NCBI GenBank assembly: GCA_951406725.2
Contig: OX597814.1
Coordinates: forward strand, 220,534,001 to 220,598,000
Direction: 5' to 3'
Length of the DNA: 64,000 nucleotides
Origin: Octopus vulgaris
Taxonomy: Eukaryota
Of this stretch, positions 12,191 through 24,892 are shown piece after piece. The translations under genes were made by a program, and so were the position numbers. The notes below the pieces were generated by a model that saw nothing but the letters and a program-made list of their open reading frames with translations, ran no database searches and was not told where the DNA came from. Each line of letters opens with the position of its first letter. The first letter of the stretch is position 1.

Positions 12191-14029
12191 AAGGAAGAAA
12201 AGAAAAAGACAGAGCAAAGGGAATACAGAATATGAAATCAATACAAAGACAAAAGACCTGTTTGTGCTGAGTTATGTAGAAAGGAAGAAGTAAAATGCAA
12301 GGAAAAAAAAAAAAAACAAAGGAGAAAGATAAATAAATGAAATATTAAGAAAAGGAGCAAACTCAGCAAGGAAAATACTGAAGCCACATATCCTGGAAAA
12401 AAAAACCATGTTAGGACACTTTGAAAAATGTGAGTGGCTTTTCAGTCAGAATGATTATTTGAAACAAATGGTAAAAAAACTTTCAACAACAATTCAATAA
12501 ATTTGAAAAAAAGACCCAACACACTAGAGCATACATAAGCAACATAAATTCTGAGCATACATAAGCAACATAAATTCTATTATATTAGAAGGGTTTTTTT
12601 TTTTTAAGAGCAAAAATGTGTGTTAATAATATTCACAATGGGTAATAAAAGAGAGAAAGGACTAAAATACAACAGACCGCTATTATGACCCACCATAAAC
12701 TCACAGAAAATTCACTCACCCCTCACAAAAAAAAAAATAAAAAATAAAAAATAAATAAATAAATACAAAATGATCTCTCACAACTGGAAGACTTTCAGAA
12801 TCAATAGTCACCAATTTCTGGCTAAACTACTTAACCAATATGCATGAAGTAACAGTAACAGCAGAGCTAAAGACACAAAAATCAACCTGACTGGTTGGTT
12901 TTTTAGAGGAAGAAAACAACATTATTTCCCCAAACAAAAATTTCAAGGACCACCCAACCCCTCCAAAACAATAAATTAATAACTTGTCTACCAACAGCAT
13001 ATAAAACACTGGCATCTCTCTATAATACTCTCATTCCATAGGCTAGCTGTTACTCGCTCCAAAAGATATCCTATGAGAAGAGCAGAGCCTAGGGGTGGTG
13101 TGGATGGATACGAATACGTGTTAGCAGTAAACTGGGCAGTAGTTATTGAAGAGTGCATAAAAGGAAGCATAAATATTTATATAAGCATAAAATGATTAAC
13201 CAAAAGTTTTTAACAGTATACAATATACACCTAGATATTAATTAGGGACATTGTTCATTAACGAAACAACCTCAATACTAAAGCAGCATTTCAATGAAGC
13301 TATATTAAAATGCAAATGCTGAAAGGTGAAGAGGAGGTAGTAAAAATCAACTCCATCCACATAAAGAGAGCAATTTTTCAGGGAAAATCTTTGTCCTTAT
13401 TTGCCATTTTTTTCTTCCTTGGTGTTCTGACTCAAACCTGTTGAATTAAACCATATTTGATAACAAAAATTTGGGTAGAAAAAACAAAATTAAAAAATAA
13501 ATAAAGTACTGCAAGCAATCTCCCTCTATGTAGATGATTTACAACTGCAAACATGAAAGACCACCAGTTACAGAACTTATTAAGACTTGCATGTAGATTC
13601 AATAGTAAATATGAAGATGGAATATGTATCAGATGAGATAAATGTGCAACAAGATACTCTCAAAAGGAGCAAATTAATTAGAACCTCAAAATTTCAAGCT
13701 AGATCAAATAATTACAACATAACCACCCATATATTACTTATAAGTAGATTAACCTGATAAGATACAAAAATGAGGGAGGAAATAAGAAAAGAGTACTACA
13801 GATGAACCAGGTTAATATTACAAACTTAACTTAATACCAGAGATAAGCTTATCACTAGTTATCCCAGTTATAAACTACAGCTTTTGGTATAATCAATTGA
13901 ATGTTAAGTGAACTGAGGAGTTGAAATGGGAAGAGATGGGACAGAGATAGAATTACTAAACAGAATATCCTAAAACTGATACGAAATGAGTTGTAGCTAC
14001 CATATACTCACAGAAAAATAGAACTGATA

Positions 14030-14065
<36 letters not shown>

Positions 14066-14135
14066 GTAACCAGAGTGGACCAATAAAAATAGTTTGACTT
14101 GAACAAAATATAATCAGGTAGACTGAAAATCATTC
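10771..14135 (+). pseudogene. Highly degenerate long R4/Dong-clade LINE (RT region clear, 5' part tentative)
   Basis: IHIKRAIFQGKSLS (13355), LYVDDLQL (13524), DKCA, KEYYR*TRLILQT*LN (13788) and LVIPVINYSF occur in the expected order. Begins after (AAT)n at 10747-10770. The part upstream of about 13150 is weakly supported. Confidence 0.65.
12527..12578. repeat. Perfect 26-bp tandem duplication
   Basis: gagcatacataagcaacataaattct x2. Confidence 0.95.
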
Positions 14136-14140
14136 CTCAC

Positions 14141-14259
14141 TACACATACACACTCATGTGTGTATGTTTGTGTGTGTGTATATATATATATATACACACA
14201 CCTATATACATATATATTTATATATATATATATATATATACATACATGTATATATATAT

Positions 14260-14300
<41 letters not shown>

Positions 14301-14323
14301 TGTATATATATATATATATATAT

Positions 14324-14366
<43 letters not shown>

Positions 14367-14556
14367 CATGTATATATATATATATACATGTATATATATA
14401 TATATACATATATGTATATATATATACATACATGTATATATATATACATACATGTATATATATACATACATGTATATATATATACATACATACATGTATA
14501 TATATATACATACATGTATATATATATACATATATGTATATATATATACATACATG

Positions 14557-14590
<34 letters not shown>

Positions 14591-14783
14591 CATATATGTA
14601 TATATATATACATACATGTATATATATATATATACATAATGTATATATATATACATACATGTATATATATATATATACATGTATATATATATACATACAT
14701 GTATCTATATATATACATACATATATATATATATACATATATGTATATATATATACATACATGTATATATATATACATACATG

Positions 14784-14817
<34 letters not shown>

Positions 14818-14924
14818 CATGTATATGTATATATATATACATACATGTATATATATATATATACATACATGTATATATATATATACATACATGTATATAT
14901 ATATACATACATGTATATATATAT

Positions 14925-14989
<65 letters not shown>

Positions 14990-15066
14990 CGTACACATAC
15001 ATATACATACGTACATACATTATATGCATACATACACATACATACATACATATACAGACATACACG
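14141..15066. repeat. About 0.9-kb compound (TA)n microsatellite/minisatellite interrupted by CATACATG units
   Basis: Direct reading; source of the spurious Y/I/H-rich ORFs. Confidence 0.97.
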
Positions 15067-15271
15067 AAACAAAACAATCTACGAGTTAATTACATAAAGG
15101 AAAAATTATTAAACACAAAAAAGGTAAAACTGAAAGATAGAATCAAAACGGAAGTGTGTGGCTGAAAAATCAGGTGATTGATTGATTGCTTATGTTATTT
15201 CTGTGGTTTGCAGTTGACATTAGTCTCTTGTTTTAATATTTTAGCTGATATTTTTTTTTTTTTTTTTTTTG

Positions 15272-15530
15272 TATGGCTATGAGCCAAAGACCTACATCAA
15301 TGCTGATGTCTCAAGCTCTTTCTATAGCTTCCTTCCTGCAAGCAGCTGATTTCATTCTCTTCTTTATATTCCCTGCACCAGTCAGTATGGATAGCGTTCC
15401 CTTACTGGCTGAGCAAAATAACCTCTTTAACCAGCCACGAAAATACTGCAAAAGGTTCTATATTTAGCCCTCTTTCATTCAAAGGCTTCACCACACTTTT
15501 TCTTCTCGAAAAAACTGCAATGTTCAAGCC
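15272..15530 (-). pseudogene. Possible HERO/NeSL-type LINE endonuclease C-terminus followed by poly(A)
   Basis: Minus strand gives CGEAFE*KRAKY...GW..RG...GLWL, then an A-tract (T-run at about 15250-15270). Confidence 0.4.
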
Positions 15531-15554
15531 TCTACTTGCTTTCTCATCTCACTC

Positions 15555-15585
<31 letters not shown>

Positions 15586-15860
15586 TTAGTGTCTGTTTTC
15601 CATGCTGGCATAGGTTGAATGGTCTGGCTGGAGATGGCCAGCCGGAGAGCTGCTCAGGCTCTATGTCTGGTTTGGCATGGCTGGATGCACTTCATAATGC
15701 CAGCCATTTTACAGAGTGTACTGGGTACTCTCTTTGCATGCTGCTGGCACAGGTGCTTTTACCTGGCACCGATATAAGTGTATTTTACATGGCAATGACA
15801 TGAGTACAATTTACATGGCACTGGCACAAATGCCTTTTATGTGGCACCAGCACCCTCATA
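15555..15860 (-). mobile_element. Repeat family C (SINE with RTE-type 3' end and (GAT)n tail), old copy
   Basis: (cat)n tttagtgtctgttttccatgctggcataggttg...ggctggatgc. Confidence 0.75.
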
Positions 15861-18784
15861 CCAAAGACTTCTCAGCTGGAATGAGTATGGTATGACCAGC
15901 TCTACTTCTGTCAAGAGTACATATATCTTGCCAGATATTCACCAATAATTTCCTTGACTCCTATTTAAAGGTATACAGAAACCTGCTTCATTTTCTTTTC
16001 TTTTAAACAGAGGTATACCACTTTCTTTCATATGTAAATTCCTCAGATGTGCAGACAATTTCTTGTGTAACATATCACTTCCACACTTTTTCATTTGCCC
16101 AGAGTTGGCTCATGTTTACTTTTTCTTGCTTACAATGTTAGCAAAAGATGAGATGGTGTTGGTATTGCAGGTGAATTACTAATTAGCATTTAAATTTGAG
16201 TTTTTGTCATCAATTTTTACCTTTCTGCTTGTTGAATTGTGAATGTTAAAGCTTATAATTGTTTGTGTCTGTTGGTTCAATTGAAATTATTTTTCCTGTG
16301 TTGCTTTCTTTTAGGCAACTTACTGGAACTTCCACTTGCTGCAATGATAGATGTGGTCATATTGAGCAACAAATAAACAAAATAAAATGGATGTTTGCAA
16401 AAATTTATGTACTCTCACACACAAAATGTCCATGCATGTGCCTTCTTTTTTTTTTTTTACATGGGTTTAAATAATCTAAAGCCCTTTGTAGATGTAACAC
16501 TAAAGCCCTTCACAAAACTTTCCATTCGGTAATCCTGGTAAAAACAACATTTCTACAAGAATACTGACAATGATGTCCATTTACTTCAACCTTCAATAAT
16601 GATGATAGTAGTAATATCAACAATAAAAGAAATATATTATCGATTGTATTGGCTGACACCAATTCTTTTCCATTCTAGAAAGGTGAAAGATAAAGCCAAC
16701 CCTGGAGGTATTGTAACACAATGCAAAGAGAGAAAACTTAATACTGTAATGCATTCAGTCTTACATACAAAGTCCAGCACATCTTCACTGCCCTAGCAGT
16801 AATAATTTCTTATCTGAACAACGGGGGTACTTTTTCTAACTATGACAAAAGATAAACTACTGAATTGACTATTTCACATATTTATGTATAGCATTGCTAA
16901 AGCAATTCAGAATTTCATAGACAAGAGTTTTGTAAATGTATTTTGGCTGGACGATATCCAGACAAAATGTTCTCGCATTAAATTAAGTAGGACATCAATC
17001 AAATATGATGTCCAAATGTAATTTCATACCCTGATGATGATAACAATGAACTTTGTGAAAGTTTTACATTTGGAAGTACTGTGATGTACTTTAAAGTTCC
17101 CAGAAAGTAAGAGTGGGTAACTTTGAAAATATAGTTAAAAAGCTCCTACAGCCTTAATGGCCAGTTGATTAGGCAGGCGCCATATGGTTCGGAAAAAAGA
17201 GAGATCAAAATAGAACAAGTTTGAAATGTAGTTGTACAGGTTGTTTGCATCATTGAACATGCCGTTATCCATTATGCAGCAACTCTGTGACTGCATCACA
17301 CGAACATAGATGATCAGATTCTCTATGGAATATGGAATGCACAAACGTGCATGCATGCAACCCTTAACACCCCACCACACACACACACACTTCAAAATCC
17401 AAGCCTCAATTGGCTGTGGAGACTGAAAGAAGCGAAGTAGCTCCCAACCCAATATTATTAGATTAATGTACTTAAATAAACCAACATCTGAATATGATGC
17501 ACTCGAAAAATGACAAAGTCTAATGTGTGAGAGAATCAATGTCAAAACGACACAGTTGCCTTATAAATAAAGAATGGCAATAATGACCATTGACCTGTGG
17601 TGAGAGGTAAATGTATGACATGGACTTGATCACTTTCTGTACCAGCATCAATGAAAGCCAATCAATTTTCAACTGTGAAGGCATTATATTTCAGAAAGGC
17701 TGTAACAGTTTATCACTAGCTTCTTCCATCAATATGAACAGAAAAGCCTGTGCATGTATGGCTGCATGCATGCATGCAAAGATGTGTTTATAATCAACAT
17801 TTATTTCTTATGTGGGATGGGGGTTGCAAAAATCTTGGCAAGTAGGTAGGCGTCTAAATACTTTATAGCGTTTAGGCCACTGCTTCTGTATTCAGAATTG
17901 TATCATTATTAGCCTTGCCTTTCAGTCATCCTGAATTGATAAACTGACATATTGATGATGTATTGAACTTAAACCAGTTCACTACACTCTGCTTCCAAAA
18001 ATAGAGGTCTTTGTTTCTTAAGAAAGCAATATTATTTCTTATTGTAGTTTGGGTCTAATGAGGATACAAAACAACAGAAGCCATGTTTTGGGATAGAAAA
18101 CTGAAGAAAATAAACAAATAAACAAAAAATCAACAACAACAAAACTCTTAATTAAGATCAACTTGGCTTCCATCATTCTGCATATACCTCAGACAACAGC
18201 TCATATTTTGTTGTCCGGTTGGCACTAAGCAGGCTAACGCAGTCTGTTTCTAGCTTCTGAAATTAGTACAAGTAATATTCAAAGTTGCTGCAAGTCCATC
18301 AAGAATTTAGTACCTTGTTTCCATGTTCCTTGTGTTCACTTTTCCCATTATAATTATTGAGGTGTTGAATGAGCTCAGGACAGGTTATCATTTTGAATGT
18401 CTTACAACTTGTTTCTTATTGTAAAATCAGTTGGAGAACTTTGGAAATATTCTGCAGCTGAGAGAATGGTCTTACAGTTTAAAGGCCTGGAAATGACCAT
18501 AGCAGGGAGACAATTATTACACAGAAACAGAAAACATAAAATCTCTAACATATGCAAAACAGCTTTGCCTAAGTATTTACAATGATAAATATAGAACTGA
18601 ATCTTCCAAAGCAGTTAGTAGCAGAGTCACTCTCACTCATGAAAAGAGGTTCATGAACTTCCCAGACATCTCATCTGATATACAAGATAAACTGCATTAT
18701 ATAAATGTCCTAATTAGTGCTGAAGACAGTCGTAGTAAATGTTAAGTAGATAGAGTAAGAAAGAAATAAAAATTCAAGGAGTTG

Positions 18785-19250
18785 TCATCTTTTGTTGGCA
18801 ACAAAGGATTTTTCTTCCCATGCAAAAGACAGGCAATATGCAGCATTTGTAAAGTATGTAAATGCTGCATCAAAATGAGATTCAGGCATTGAATGTAGAT
18901 GGTTTGTGAAAGCTGGACAGAGAAATTGGTTATGTATGATCCATTGAATCTAAAACATTAATTTGCATGAAAGTAAAGCTCGGAATAGATTAAAGGGTAG
19001 CTAGGTATTAAAGGGCATCAACTGATGTATGCAGGATTAGCAACTGTGCTAGTATGGAGAGCTGATGCAAATACACAATGGGTATGGAGCGAAAATTTGC
19101 TGTGTGTTGACAGTGTTAAGTAACTGTGTTAAAGCAAGGTCACCGAAGACTTGAGAAGAAATGACAAGATCAAATTTCAGGATGATGGGTTTTACAGACA
19201 AGAAAGGGATAAACTAAGAAGTATAGTGTACTGCAAACTTATTCAACCAT
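18785..19250 (+). pseudogene. RTE-clade LINE, degenerate RT C-terminal region
   Basis: LLATKG(F)..., LGIKGI, and a GRP.KT-like aaggtcaccgaagacttga in order, with many stops. Confidence 0.6.
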
Positions 19251-19546
19251 TCCAACATAAAACAAAAGTTTGAAATGGCAATGTTGCTGATGTTCTGCAT
19301 CTACAAACTTTAAATTCTAATTGTAAAGTTAATACACTTAAGAAGAAAGTGATAATCCCCATTGGGAAATTAATCCAGCAGTGAATATTAACCAAACGCA
19401 ACATACATGAGTTCAAAGCAAAGACGAACTAATGACTAATGTACATCTGTTTGTTCAAAAGCCTTTTAGAGATTGTTCAACCTAGAAACAGAAACCAAAT
19501 CATTCTCAAATCATACCCTACCATCTTAATGTACTCCTATATATAT

Positions 19547-19990
19547 TCATCATCATCATCATCATCATCATCATCGTTTAGTGTCCGTCTTCCATGCTGG
19601 CATGGGTTGGACGGTTCAAGTGGGGTTTGGGAAGCCAGAAGGCTGCACCAGGCCCAGTTTGATCTAGCAATGTTTCTACGGCTGGATGCCCTTCCTAACG
19701 CCAACCACTCCATGAGTGTAGTGGGTGCTTTTTACGTGCCACCCGCACAGGTACCAGGCGAGTCTGGCAAACGGCCACGATCGGATGGTGCTATTTATGT
19801 GCCACTGGCATGGGGTCCAGGCGAGGCTGGCAATGGCCACGAACGGATGGTGCTTTTTACGTGCCACCGACACGAGGCCAGTCGGGGCGGCGCTGGCAAC
19901 GGCCATGTTCGGATGGTTCTCTTACGTGCCACCGGCACTGGTAACTCAGCTGCAATTTCCATTGATCGATTTCGATTCTGATTTGATATT
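19547..19990 (-). mobile_element. Family C element with four internal ~62-66-bp tandem units, inserted into a family E element
   Basis: (cat)n tail, ggctggatgcccttcctaacgccaaccactcc, repeated ggtgctttttacgtgccac. Family E halves flank it at about 19470-19535 and 19995-20082. Confidence 0.9.
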
Positions 19991-20450
19991 GTAGCTGAAT
20001 AAAAAAACGGGATAGTTATAGCTGGGGTGGCTTCGAGCAAAGGCCTGATGAATCAAACCTGACCTGGAGCTAAAACAATAACCTTGAACCACTTGATTAA
20101 AGAAAAGCTTTTTCAGCTTAGTATAAAAATGCCAGATACACAACATTAACCTATAACAAAGCTAAATTTTTGAAAATATGAAAGTTTGAATCTGAAACTT
20201 TAAAATGTTTTAAAACAAAATTAACAATGAGTGTCACATATCAAGATATATTAGTGCTTTCATTACACAAACTAAACATTGAATACCCGCTGTAAAAAGT
20301 ATGTGCAGATCACTGATGAAAACTGACAGAGAATAGCCAAAGACATAAACACACATTACGTTTAACTAATGTTTTTATTAGATTTTGAAAGATATAAAAT
20401 AAAACTACAGGTATTTCTATTAAGGTTGACCACTTCACTTGTGATTCTTA

Positions 20451-20675
20451 TTTCTTTATTACCCACAAGGGTCTAAACATAAAGAACAAACAAGGACAAA
20501 GGGATTAAGTCGATTACATCAACCCCAGTGCATAACTAGTACTTAATTTATCGACCCCAAAAGGATGAAAGGCAAAGTTGACCTTGGCGGAATTTGAACT
20601 CAGAACGTAACGGTAGACGAAATACCGCTAAGCATTTCGCCTGGCGTGCTAACATTTCTGCCAGTTCGCTGCCTT
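20451..20675 (-). mobile_element. SINE family A (tail A1), full length with TSD
   Basis: 14-bp TSD actt(g/a)tgattctta at 20437-20450 and 20676-20689. Confidence 0.9.
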
Positions 20676-20954
20676 ACTTATGATTCTTAACTGAATATTG
20701 TCTTTAATGATCTTCATATATATCTCCATCAAATGGCTTGAGCTCCTGGAGTAAAGAGGCTAGTGCCTCTGCAGTGGTAACTATTTTTAAAGATCCCTGA
20801 GTAGAAGTTATGTAGACAGGTCCAGTCAGATATTTCTAAAGGAACAAAATGTTTCATGAAGCTATGGTTATTAATTATATTTACTAAAATAAAATCATTA
20901 AAAAAAAAAAAAAAAACTATACAAAGTATTGCAATCAGACCATAATGGTCATTA

Positions 20955-21200
20955 CTATCATCATTTAGTGTGCGTGTTCTATGCTGCCATGGGTTGGATA
21001 GTTTGACAGGATCCAATGAGTCCAAGGACTGCGTCATGCTTTAGTGTCTGCTTGGGCATGGTTTTTATGGCTGGATGACCATCTTAACACCAACCTCTTT
21101 ACAGTGTGTACTGGGTGCTTCTATGTGTTGCTAGCACTAATGAGGTTGTTATGCAGCTCGCAAGAACAAGGTCCACTTCAACTGAGAGGGGTTACAGTAG
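20955..21200 (-). mobile_element. Family C-related old copy
   Basis: catcatttagtg..ctatgctgccatgggttggatagtttgacagg..tggctggatg. Confidence 0.65.
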
Positions 21201-21502
21201 AGAGGGAGGTGGTTTTATGGTCGGAGAGGTGGGGTTAAAGTATAGTTTTCTTGATGTAGAGGAACTACATGGCTGCTCGTTTTATAAAAGACAGAATGGG
21301 GTGGATCTGGAAAGCAATAAAACAGGGTTGATGTGGTGTCAGGGTAACTTTCAAGGGATGAGGTGTGTAGAAGTACATGGGGACAGTACGATTGTGGGTG
21401 GGTACAGGATGCCTGAATGTATGTGAGAGTGTGAGAGAGATGGTGAACAAGTATTGAGAGATGATAAGTAGGGAAGACAGAGAGAGAGAGAGAGGAGAGG
21501 GG

Positions 21503-21545
<43 letters not shown>

Positions 21546-22269
21546 TGTGGGATTGAAGGTGATCAGTGTAAAATGAGAGTTGAGAGGTCACTATTAAGAA
21601 TGAAGTATGGATAAAAAGTGAAATGATTCCAAGTTGTGGAAAGAATGGTATCCGGGAAAAACTGGTTAAGTATGTAGGATGTAGTTCCACTCACAGAATA
21701 CTGCAGATAGAGAGATGATGGGTGATGGGTTTCTTGAGGAAGAAATTGGAGGAGGAGCAGCAGTTGGGACATCGTTTTAGTAAACTATGAACTTTCTAAT
21801 TTTATGAGATGCTATCTAGAAAACTTATATAATTTGGTTTGTGAAAATATATACAAGCTTTAAATACTTTGTAAATTGTTTATTCTCTCTCTCTCTCTCT
21901 CTCTCTCTGATGTATGAATGTATGATTACATCCATATATAAAATAAACGCTAAAAAGTTGGACTCTCTAAATCCTGAGCTAGTTTCAATTTCCATATAAG
22001 ACTGTTTATTTTTCCTTGCTCCAGAGAAAACTCTGATTGGGATGATTTCCAATTCCTGAGAGGTTTTCAGCTATGGTAGCTTTACATATATTACAGTTTC
22101 CCTCCCCAAATACTTCTACTCTTGAGAAGTTGATAGCCGACTACAAAGAAGCATCAGACAGATCTACTTTGAAGAAGAGGCTTACAGCTTTAGAGTAACA
22201 CTGCTGCAACATCCTCAAACATCCTAAACCAAATCCCTGAGGCCACCTGACTGCAAACATTCAATAAGC

Positions 22270-22560
22270 TTCAACCACAAGTTGACATACAGAACTACTT
22301 TACCTCTCTGGTCATTATTGCACTATTACAATGATCTTTGATCCTCTGAATTAACTGGTATCTTCTCTCCCTAAATGTCATTCCTTCTCCTACCACTCTT
22401 AGTGTCTTACTATCCAGATTCTGTTCAAATCACTTAGTCCATTTCTTTCTCTCCAGAACAGCAGTTTTCTGAGATTCTTTCCTCACCCATCTTTTCCCAT
22501 AAATGTTTATAGGCACCAACTTACAAATGTTCAAACTGAACATTAACCACATCACCCTCA
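22270..22560 (+). pseudogene. Degenerate CR1/L2-group LINE ORF2 C-terminus
   Basis: HYYNDL*SSEL..., FFLSRTAVF*DS, NLQMFKLNINHI resemble the YY...CS.EL / FF.RT...WNSLP / L..FK..VN end motif. Confidence 0.45.
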
Positions 22561-22790
22561 CCAGTGTGGGAGTTCATGCAAGGGAAATTGTCTATCTGGT
22601 TTCATGTTACCAGAGAAAAACAAAAGGAAACTGTTAAGAATATAAATCCCTAACAATAAGTAGTGTGTCCAGTAAGCCACAAAATTCATGTCTTGTATAG
22701 CATGAATAAATGGTGAATGAGACCTCCTCACTGGAATCATAACATATCAAATTGCTCATTATATATATGTGTGTGTGTGCATGTGTATAA

Positions 22791-22821
<31 letters not shown>

Positions 22822-23026
22822 CATACATACACACACACACACATCACACACACATGCACACACACACACATCACACACACATGCACACACACACACACAC
22901 ATGCCCACGCAGGTGTGAACGTATGTGTTTTATGCTTCCTTCTATCACTCTTAGTGTGCATTCTTGTACTCGCACACATAATGAGTGTGTGAGCATATTC
23001 ATTATATATGAATAATACACTGCTTT

Positions 23027-23061
<35 letters not shown>

Positions 23062-24279
23062 TATGTATAACATAAAACACACATCACATCATTGTAAGAG
23101 AAATGGCAAGAATAATAATATAAAATTAACAACAATAACAATAACAAAAACAAAAAAAAAGCAGATATGATAATGAAAACCCTGCAGTAAAAGATATAGA
23201 CTCTTTTAGTAGAATGTCATAATAAAACATCCACTACAATTGCCTGCAAAATATAGAAAAAAAATATAAAGAAAAGAGAAAGAGAAATTAATCTTATCAA
23301 ATTGCAAGAACTTTTACTGTAGCAGAATGAGAGTTAAGAGGAACAAAGTCATTAAGTCAATCATGAAAATGAAATGTTGCCTTAATACCTCTTTATGTGG
23401 CTTTAACAAAACCAACAGTCAAATGATGAAGATTAATGCATAACCATAAATTTATTCAGTGTCTCTGTAGATTTCACCAAGAGGTAACAATAATGTTAGG
23501 CTAATATATTATTTGTGTTATTTATTGTTGTTATTGTTATTAGTTGAGGAATTGAAGAGTGGCGAAGATGATTGTGACTGTAAATAGAGAGAGCAAGATG
23601 GAAAAGCTAGATTCAGAAATTTACAAAATCTATCTCTTCTTTCATCCCACTATGCAAATTATAGCAAGTTTGATATCAGTAATATCCAGAGGTGAAAAAT
23701 CAATTGGTTACTACACTTCGTTTTCTCAAAGGAAAGGGTCCTGGGAATTGCAATCTAGCATTATTTCATAGCAGAGCGAGTGGAATAAATAAATAAATAA
23801 ATAAATATAAGAAAAATTCAGTGAAACACTAAAACTAACTTCGCTGATTTATGGTGCCAATATCATCGTCCTGTTGCAAGAGAAATTATTTATTTAAGGT
23901 CTTTACAACAGTTTTTTCTTTTTAGGAGTCATAAATGACTGAATTCCTTAGAGTACCAGCTTCCTAATTGAAAAAAGTTGATGGTTTATTACTGTGCTAG
24001 ACACATAGCAAAGACATTCAGCTTGTGTTAGCATAGCCTGTGGCCTCAGAGTTCAGAAGTCTCTGAAGTTATATAAGTTGTGCAAATAATGGTTCATTTC
24101 AGTGATGATGATGAGGTTAATATAGAAGTCACCCCCTTATGTAACGTAAGGATAGTCAAGACAGTTTAGACATTTAATTTGAAACTGATTCTTGAGCCAT
24201 AAATGGATATGAACTCAGGACTTCAAGGGCACATAACAGTGCTCTGCTTGCTATGGTGTGAACAGTTCCTACATATATA

Positions 24280-24473
24280 TCATCATCATCATCATCATTT
24301 AGCGTTCGTTTTCCATGCTAGCATGGGTTGGACGGTTCAAGTGGGGTCTGTGAAACTGGAAGGCTTCATCAGGCCCACTCAGATCTGGTAGTGTTTCTAC
24401 GGCTGGATGCCCTTCCTAACGCCAACCACTCCGTGAGTGTAGTGGGTGCTTTTTACGTACCATCCGCACAGGT
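24280..24473 (-). mobile_element. Family C, 5'-truncated young copy
   Basis: Closely matches 19547-19752; tatata on both sides. Confidence 0.9.
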
Positions 24474-24805
24474 ATATACTTAAGTGGAGTCAATCACCAA
24501 AAATGAAAGGAGCTGACTACTGAGAGTGCTCACCAAAGACTTCTGCCAGGAGGTCTACTATACAGTATGATTCAGTTAGCTAGATGTAATACTGCAGCCA
24601 GTCTATCTTGCAGTGAAATACATACAAGAAGGAGTACTGCAGATAATAGGGAGAGCATGGTATAGATGTATAGAAGCCAAGTGTTTTCTTTGTTAGTTTC
24701 ATTAACTTAGAGCTTTGTGCTGAAATCTACTTCTCATGACAAAGTCTGTGAACAGAACTGGCTGAATGTCAAAAGGGAGACTTCTTTCTTTATCGACCAC
24801 TTAAT

Positions 24806-24808
<3 letters not shown>

Positions 24809-24873
<65 letters not shown>

Positions 24874-24892
24874 GAGAGAGGGAGGGAGAGAG
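24809..24892. repeat. (GA)n microsatellite
   Basis: Direct reading; similar tracts at 25950-26056 and 59514-59576. Confidence 0.95.

Noticed and set aside
14114-15165. Long ORFs of 100-335 aa on both strands
   Set aside because: Translations of TA/CA microsatellite that happens to lack stops; the same applies at 32819-33530 and 42364-42786.
17032-17062. CTGATGA...GAAA hammerhead-like string
   Set aside because: No convincing stems I-III; expected by chance next to gat repeats.
17135-17545. 136-aa minus-strand ORF with an SPQPIEAW motif faintly like Tc1 SPDLNPIE
   Set aside because: Runs through a (TG) repeat and has no other transposase motifs.
19439-20040. 180-aa GC-rich ORF, and repeats with a superficial repeat-spacer look
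   Set aside because: Lies within family C. The 'spacers' are homologous to one another, so this is a tandem array and not CRISPR; the context is eukaryotic with no cas genes.
23845-23854. TGATTTATGG Pbx/Hox consensus site
   Set aside because: A single AT-rich 10-mer is not unexpected in 64 kb of this composition.
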